DNA of 30,590 nt from Deltaproteobacteria bacterium TL4 (lineage in GTDB: Bacteria; SAR324; NAC60-12): positions 1 through 30,590 of the forward strand of contig JBBCAX010000391.1 in the NCBI GenBank assembly GCA_051382335.1, in the 5' to 3' direction. The notes under the pieces are model-generated. The model was not told where the DNA came from and ran no database searches. It saw only the letters and a program-made list of their open reading frames with translations. The translations under genes and the position numbers were made by a program. This document shows, in pieces, positions 26,201 through 30,590 of the stretch. Position 1 is the first letter of the stretch. Every line of letters begins with the position of its first letter.

Positions 26201-28316
26201 ACACGGTTACATCAGCGGCGGGTTTGCTCTTTAAACGCACGTTAAAGGAAACCTGGTCTCCGTTTTCATTCGTTTCAACCGTGTCGTTCCACCATGAAGT
26301 TTTGAGCTGGAGTTCAAATCCCGCGCTGTCATTATCCACATTGATGATTTCGAGATCACCTGGTTTGAAACCATCATAATCTTTATCCGAGCTATTGGCT
26401 TCTCCCAACAGGATTGAATAATTTTGATCTCCATCAACCAGGTCATCATTCACCCCCGTCACGGTCACAAGATGGTCTTCGGAGCTCCAGTTTTCTGAAG
26501 TAAAGGTGAGTTTTGAGACACTCACGCTACCCTCATTTTCATTACTGCTGGATACGGGGAGGGTTACTTTTTTTGAAGGTTTGCTGGTAAGTTTCACCCT
26601 AAAAACGGCTTTATCTCCCGCTTCAGAAGTGTTCCCGCTTATCTTACTGACGCTAAAGCCAGGACTGTCATTGTCCAAGTTTGTCACCATGACATCCTCA
26701 GGATCCTGTTCGTGATACCCGAGATCCTTGCTCTCCACTTTCCCCAGTTCTACCTTAAATTCCTGGGGACCATCAGAAACATCATCGTCAATGCCTGTGA
26801 TCGTAACGACATTACTGGTCGCATTCCAGTTATCAGGCGTAATCACCAGTTCCGCGGGAGAAACCGTTCCTTCCGACAAGTCTTTACTTTTTACTGGAAT
26901 GACTACATTGGCCTTTGGTTTAGACGCAAGCTGCACTGAAAAAGAGGCGGTACTTCCCTCTTCAGAACTTGCACCACTGACCTTACTCATCAAAAAGCCC
27001 GGACTGTCATTGTCCTTATTAGTCAAACTCACAGCCTCTGCATCCAAACCCGAATAATTGTGATCTTCACTCACTGCGGGCGCAAGTATAACTTTGTAAC
27101 TCTGGTTTCCATCAAGCGCCTCATCATTGACGCCTGTCACTGTAATTTGATGATTGGACGCATTCCAATTGTCAGGAGTGAAAACCAACTCAGCAGGTTT
27201 AACTGTCCCCTCCGTAGGAGCACTACTCGTCACCGCAATGGTTACTGTGGAAGAAGGTTGACTGTTTAATTTAACAGAAAAACGGATGGTTCCTCCAGAC
27301 TCTGTGGTGATCGTTTGTAATTTAAACCAACGTTTTTCCAGGATGACGGAAATCCCCGCTTTATTGCCATCAATCGTTGTTACCTGAACATCCTCCGGTT
27401 TTAAGCCGTTATAAGTATCATCTTTACTCACAGCGGGTCCGAGTAAAATAGCATAAGTCTGGTCGCCATCGACACTCATATCTTTGATTCCGGTAACAGT
27501 AACTTCATGGCCGGAAGAATCCCAGTTTTTTGGAGTAAATACCAATTTTGAAGGCTTAACGGTCCCTTCCGTGGGATCATTACTGACAAGGGGAAGGGTT
27601 ACATTCTGTGTAGGCTGACTATTCAGTTTTATTTTGAATGTCGCTTTCCCGCCGCCTTCGGTGATGCTGCCCTCAGCCGCACTGACGGTAAAACCAGCGG
27701 ATTCATTATCAATATTTTTTAAAGTGATATCGCCGGGAGTTATGCCAAAATAGTTTGAACCGAAAGTCATGATTTTTTTTAGGCTTACGGTATATTCTTG
27801 ATCCCCGTCTTTGACATCATCATCAACGCCTGTTACCGTAATGATTTGTTCCGCATTCCAGTTTTCCTTTGTGAAAAAAACTTTTACGGGGGCCACTGTT
27901 GCTTCATTCTCATTACTGCTTTCAAGCTTCAAATTAATATCTACCGTAGGCGCGGCCGTTAATTTAAGACTGAAGGTAGCTACGCCTCCGGCTTCAGTAG
28001 TTTCTCCCTGGATTTCACCTATACGCACACCAGGTTCAACGGAACCAGCCGTTTCGGTGCCTTCACCAGCGGTTCCACTTGAGGCGCTGCCTTCTTTTGT
28101 TGTAATGGATGAATTGGCGGCGCCTCCAAGCTCTTCACGGGACATATCTTCTCCGCTGTCCTGCAAACCTCCAATTGTATTTTCAGAAGTCCCCGGTGTT
28201 TGTTCCTGCTTTACTAATTTTTTGCTGCCTCCTGATTCCTCCTTAAGCAAATCACAGGAGGCAAACATAAACACGACTGCTATAATGAATCCCCCTAACA
28301 CGCGTAAATTTTTCAT
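23208..28316 (-). CDS. Large surface lipoprotein with 14 tandem Calx-beta/cadherin-like Ca2+-binding repeats
   Basis: Signal peptide MKNLRVLGGFIIAVVFMFAS|C (lipobox), a Ser/Gly/Glu-rich linker, then 14 repeats of about 113 aa (E.G....F.V.L.S.P...V...FTP.NW....VTVTGV.D...DG.Q...N.DND). Confidence 0.9.
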   Translation of the reverse strand: MKNLRVLGGFIIAVVFMFASCDLLKEESGGSKKLVKQEQTPGTSENTIGGLQDSGEDMSREELGGAANSSITTKEGSASSGTAGEGTETAGSVEPGVRIGEIQGETTEAGGVATFSLKLTAAPTVDINLKLESSNENEATVAPVKVFFTKENWNAEQIITVTGVDDDVKDGDQEYTVSLKKIMTFGSNYFGITPGDITLKNIDNESAGFTVSAAEGSITEGGGKATFKIKLNSQPTQNVTLPLVSNDPTEGTVKPSKLVFTPKNWDSSGHEVTVTGIKDMSVDGDQTYAILLGPAVSKDDTYNGLKPEDVQVTTIDGNKAGISVILEKRWFKLQTITTESGGTIRFSVKLNSQPSSTVTIAVTSSAPTEGTVKPAELVFTPDNWNASNHQITVTGVNDEALDGNQSYKVILAPAVSEDHNYSGLDAEAVSLTNKDNDSPGFLMSKVSGASSEEGSTASFSVQLASKPKANVVIPVKSKDLSEGTVSPAELVITPDNWNATSNVVTITGIDDDVSDGPQEFKVELGKVESKDLGYHEQDPEDVMVTNLDNDSPGFSVSKISGNTSEAGDKAVFRVKLTSKPSKKVTLPVSSSNENEGSVSVSKLTFTSENWSSEDHLVTVTGVNDDLVDGDQNYSILLGEANSSDKDYDGFKPGDLEIINVDNDSAGFELQLKTSWWNDTVETNENGDQVSFNVRLKSKPAADVTVSVSSSDETEATVTPSTLTFSTDNWNASNHWVTVTGINDDVADGDQAYAIMLGAANSRDLNYNELDPEDVSLSNADNDSPGITVLLKQSLFGSTSSTSESGKAIKFSVSLESQPTSNVTIPLNSSNPEEGIVDPSELIFTPENWKAVNHEVTVTGVDDSIDDETQAYRVVFVESISEDPTYNRVKLKEIQLSNQDDDTAGISVSTLSGETREEGTQATFSVRLNSQPTSAVTLPIASSDTSEGIVSPGQLVFTPQNWNATEHVVTLTGVNDSIDDGNQKYRIVLGVAMSEDPNYEGMDVEDVSVTNVDGDSAGFTVSSISNNVNEEGTSATFRVQLNSEPTSNVSVGVSSNDTTEATVKPDKLVFTAQNWNATSHIVTVTGVNDHVADGDQKVKVVLAKASSNDGKYNKEKPQDVFVVNTDDDSTGVLLSELSGKTAEDGDTATFSVRLTSQPTKSVTIPISSSNEKEGKVTPSKLVFTPTNWNATDHRIKVSGVDDSIADGDQEFKVILEKISSADKGYQAINPDDITIVNIDNDSSGILVSEPSGQLSENQDTVTFTVRLKSQPLQDVVLSLSSSNHNEAAVSPAELKFTPKNWNSTSHKVTVTGVNDEVADGDQSVTIDLGVIQSKDEHYNGLDPANISLVNVDNDSPGVILSVEKHWWREVTTTTEEGGSTSITVSLTSQPKSNVSFPIASSKPTEGAVNVSELVFTPEDWNAEHKITVMGVNEGIDDGDQNYVIEIGAASSQDSNYQSRDPGDVLLTNIDDDSAGVEVSLKEKVNWFAGTSAVKEEGTTNTIILSLKSQPTANVTLPITSSDTSEGTVTSSELVFTPANWKELEVIVTGVDDLVADGNQKFIVVLGALDSTDELYKNIVPKDIKITNMDNDSHGITVSEISSDTSENGDVAIFTVRLDSQPTKEVTIPLSVSDKTEGSLAVSALTFTPLNWNQPQKVSVTGVDDSKKDGDQKYTVSLEMAKSLDLKYLGLNPPNIKVVNKDND

Positions 28317-28612
28317 AGTATCCCCTTGGTTGTTTTGACTTAACAAAATACGCTATTTCTAGGTGAAACAGCATCCTTTCTTATTTCATAGTAAAATCTT
28401 CGTAACATTACCATAAAAAACATAAACTATATTTATATTCTACAAAAAAATGTTGTTTTATATTGAAACAGTACTAAATAGGTGCTATTTTAAAATCAAA
28501 TAGACTAGCTTAATATCCGATTAAACGTTATCCTGTTTTAATTGTGATGAATAGGCGCGTTCTGAAATAGCACTATTATAGTGCTGTATGAAGGGTATTT
28601 AGAGGAGGAATC

Positions 28613-28801
28613 ATGACTGCGAGAATAATAAAAGTAAATAATGACGATATTGATCTGAATACGGCAATGAACAGTTTTTTAAAAAAGGGCGGCAAAATTA
28701 CGGTCTTGCCACCTCAAGTAGCGGTAAACAGAACTGTGATAGGCGCAGAACAATGGGAGGCTTATGAATCCATTGACGATTTGGATGTCGCTAACCATTA
28801 A
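28613..28801 (+). CDS. Small protein resembling the SutA RNA-polymerase-binding domain
   Basis: Strong GAGGAGG RBS. LNTAMNSFLKKGGKITVLPPQV resembles the SutA core (LAKAMEEFLSRGGKVQEIEPNV, recalled). Confidence 0.65.
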   Translation: MTARIIKVNNDDIDLNTAMNSFLKKGGKITVLPPQVAVNRTVIGAEQWEAYESIDDLDVANH

Positions 28802-29045
28802 CGTGGTGACTGTTCAAGAACTCCGCTCTTGGCGAAAATTCAAAGGGCAATTGAGAGCCTGTCCGATCGGGCATGGAATAATCGGTGATCAACAATTGGA
28901 AGTCTTGAGGCTTCGCTTCAAAGGCCTTCAGGGCACCTTGACTGTCAGTAAAACTAGTCACTTTATACCTCAAGGCTTCCAAAATGGTGGTTCTCATCTC
29001 ATTCACCAACGTTTCGTCATCAACCAAGAAGAACCTACCAGAGGA
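28791..29045 (-). pseudogene. Response-regulator receiver domain remnant (hybrid kinase C-terminus type)
   Basis: FLVDDETLVNEMRTTILEALRYKVTSFTDSQGALKAFEAKPQDFQLLITDYSMPDRTGSQL, after which homology is lost. The second half with the conserved Thr and Lys is absent. Confidence 0.75.
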
Positions 29046-29355
29046 CTCAACCTCCTTGTTCCGCTTTAGAGGTGTTCCTTCTACAAAAAGGAGTCAATAC
29101 CACCATTTTTAGTCTTCAAATAAGATCCAATTAATGATATGTGTGTGCTTGGCATGTTTCTGTCCTGCTTTGAATGGTTGAATTTGTTACCTTTTCTGCG
29201 AGGTACAACTTGACTGTCTCTCCCTGTGAAGGTAGGGGTAAACACTTCATAATCACAATTTTTTTTACTTCCAAGTCAGTGGACTGGATACCCGCCTTTG
29301 AGTGAGGGCAAAGGCACTTTGTCTTTGGTAAACAATTGTTACAATATGAGTCGAA

Positions 29356-30228
29356 ATGACACTGGATCAGCTAAAGGTTTTATTAACGGTTGTAGAAACG
29401 GGAAGTTTTCATGCCGCCTCAGAAGTTCTTTACCGTTCACGCCCTGCGGTAAGTATCTCCATCAAAAATCTTGAAGAGGAGTTAGGAATATTACTTTTTT
29501 CAAGAGAGGAATATCGGCCTAAACTGACACATGAAGGAAAAATTTTTTGTGAAAAAGCTCAAAAAGTAATTAACCACGCAGAAGCGCTACAGCGGTTGGG
29601 GGAACAATTAGCGATTGGTGTGGAACCTTCAATAACCATTTCCATTAACGCGTTATGCCCGCTACCCGCTGCGATGACGATTCTGCATTTCTTTCGGATT
29701 GATTACCCTTCAGTCAAAATGAATTTAGTCGTGGATTATGGAAAAAAACCGTTGAAATTATTATTAGCGGGTGAAGCGCATTTAGCCTTAACGGAATTAG
29801 AAGATGAAACAGGACAACTTGAAACTTTGAAGTGGAGTACGATCAAACTCCTTCCCGTGGCAACACCGTCTTTTCCTCTGCTGGAAATGAAGACGGAACA
29901 TAGTTTAGAAGACATCTTGGACTACGTACAGATTGTAATCAAGTCAGGGTATAATGATCCCACAGAAGCAGTCGAAATACTGCATGAAAAATATGGCAAC
30001 AATTATTGGGAAGTCAGTGATTTTTATATACAAAGACAAATTATTCTGTCAGCGTTGGGATGGGGGATTATGCCACAGCATTTAATTCAAAATGAACTTG
30101 AAAATGGTAGTCTTGTCCCACTCAATAGCAAAAACATAAGAGAAAAAGAAATCGATATTTTCCTTACAAGAAGAGTTGACCGTGCAATTGGACCTGTCGC
30201 CCAGAAAATCTGGGAGGCCTTTCGCTAG
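29356..30228 (+). CDS. LysR-family transcriptional regulator
   Basis: MTLDQLKVLLTVVETGSFHAASEVLYRSRPAVSISIKNLEEELGILLFSR HTH plus a full substrate-binding domain. Confidence 0.97.
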   Translation: MTLDQLKVLLTVVETGSFHAASEVLYRSRPAVSISIKNLEEELGILLFSREEYRPKLTHEGKIFCEKAQKVINHAEALQRLGEQLAIGVEPSITISINALCPLPAAMTILHFFRIDYPSVKMNLVVDYGKKPLKLLLAGEAHLALTELEDETGQLETLKWSTIKLLPVATPSFPLLEMKTEHSLEDILDYVQIVIKSGYNDPTEAVEILHEKYGNNYWEVSDFYIQRQIILSALGWGIMPQHLIQNELENGSLVPLNSKNIREKEIDIFLTRRVDRAIGPVAQKIWEAFR

Positions 30229-30339
30229 CCCAACTAAAAGCTCATCAAACGACAGCGATCGATCAAATGTAGGTCGTCCAAATCAGTTTATTTTTTTCCA
30301 CTTTTTGGAACTCTCACCAATGTAGCTCAACAGGTCTAC

Positions 30340-30463
30340 TGTTGACACGGGTCCAGATTTCGCCATTTCTACGCAGGCTCCTCAACTACATCAGGCCGAA
30401 TCGAGTTCGTTATCCTATGGACTGGCCGCTCACCTTCTGTTGCTCTCCACCCCACCTTGCGGC
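30340..30463 (-). mobile_element. Group II intron ribozyme fragment (5' domain I region), no RT ORF
   Basis: The plus strand GGCCGAATCGAGTTCGTTATCCTATGGACTGGCCGCTCACCTTCTGTTGCTCTCCACCCCACCTTGCGG closely matches the reverse complement of a conserved bacterial group II intron 5' segment as I recall it. Confidence 0.65.
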
Positions 30464-30590
30464 CAATGTCAGTAACTTAAGGATTTGACAAAGACAATGA
30501 TTTTAAAAGCTACTTTTTTCCTGAAAATTTGATTGGAATAAAGATAACGTTTCGCTAGCAGAGCGTAAATAATACCGAAGACGAGCCCGT
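30464..30590 (+). mobile_element. Probable end of an IS4-family element (terminal inverted repeat 30464-30481)
   Basis: CAATGTCAGTAACTTAAG resembles IS231/ISH8-type IS4 ends (CA...AACTTAAG). Intron similarity stops exactly here and composition turns AT-rich, with a TTGACA. Confidence 0.5.

Noticed and set aside
23460..28338. Many plus-strand ORFs antisense to the repeat lipoprotein
   Set aside because: Shadow ORFs arising from codon bias of the Ser/Thr/Val/Asp-rich repeats, with no RBS or family motifs.
28569..28585. Second CIRCE element
   Set aside because: Arm spacing is incompatible with the strict N9 spacer. Kept only as an unexplained palindrome.

Overview
A 30.6 kb bacterial chromosomal window. 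The gene content (lpxK, gspK, STAS/MBL pair, ccr, CIRCE-controlled hsp20 pair) suggests a Gram-negative 'deltaproteobacterial'/SAR324-like organism; this is inference only. The first ~3.1 kb is a decaying sulfur-handling locus. An intact ArsR-rhodanese regulator with a palindromic operator sits divergent from a YchN/DsrE gene. The ORF track truncates that gene, but it continues through an in-frame UGA in a UxxC motif followed by a SECIS-like hairpin, so it is a probable selenoprotein. Downstream are a sulfide:quinone oxidoreductase-like pseudogene (internal deletion plus 64-bp tandem duplication), an MMPL pseudogene and an IS1-like remnant. The middle is mostly housekeeping and signalling: STAS-Zn ribbon, MBL hydrolase, acyl-ACP-reductase-like fusion, lpxK, def, DUF192, ComFB, recO, ArsA ATPase, REC-PP2C, STAS, and an hflX-nit-murA-RDD-gspK operon whose MurA has the fosfomycin-resistant Cys->Asp change. 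The right part holds two Hsp20 genes behind a CIRCE, a crotonyl-CoA carboxylase/reductase fused to a CBS pair, a 14-repeat Calx-beta-like lipoprotein, a SutA-like small protein, a receiver-domain remnant, a LysR regulator, and a group II intron fragment apparently cut by an IS4-type end. All family assignments come from motif recognition, not database searches.
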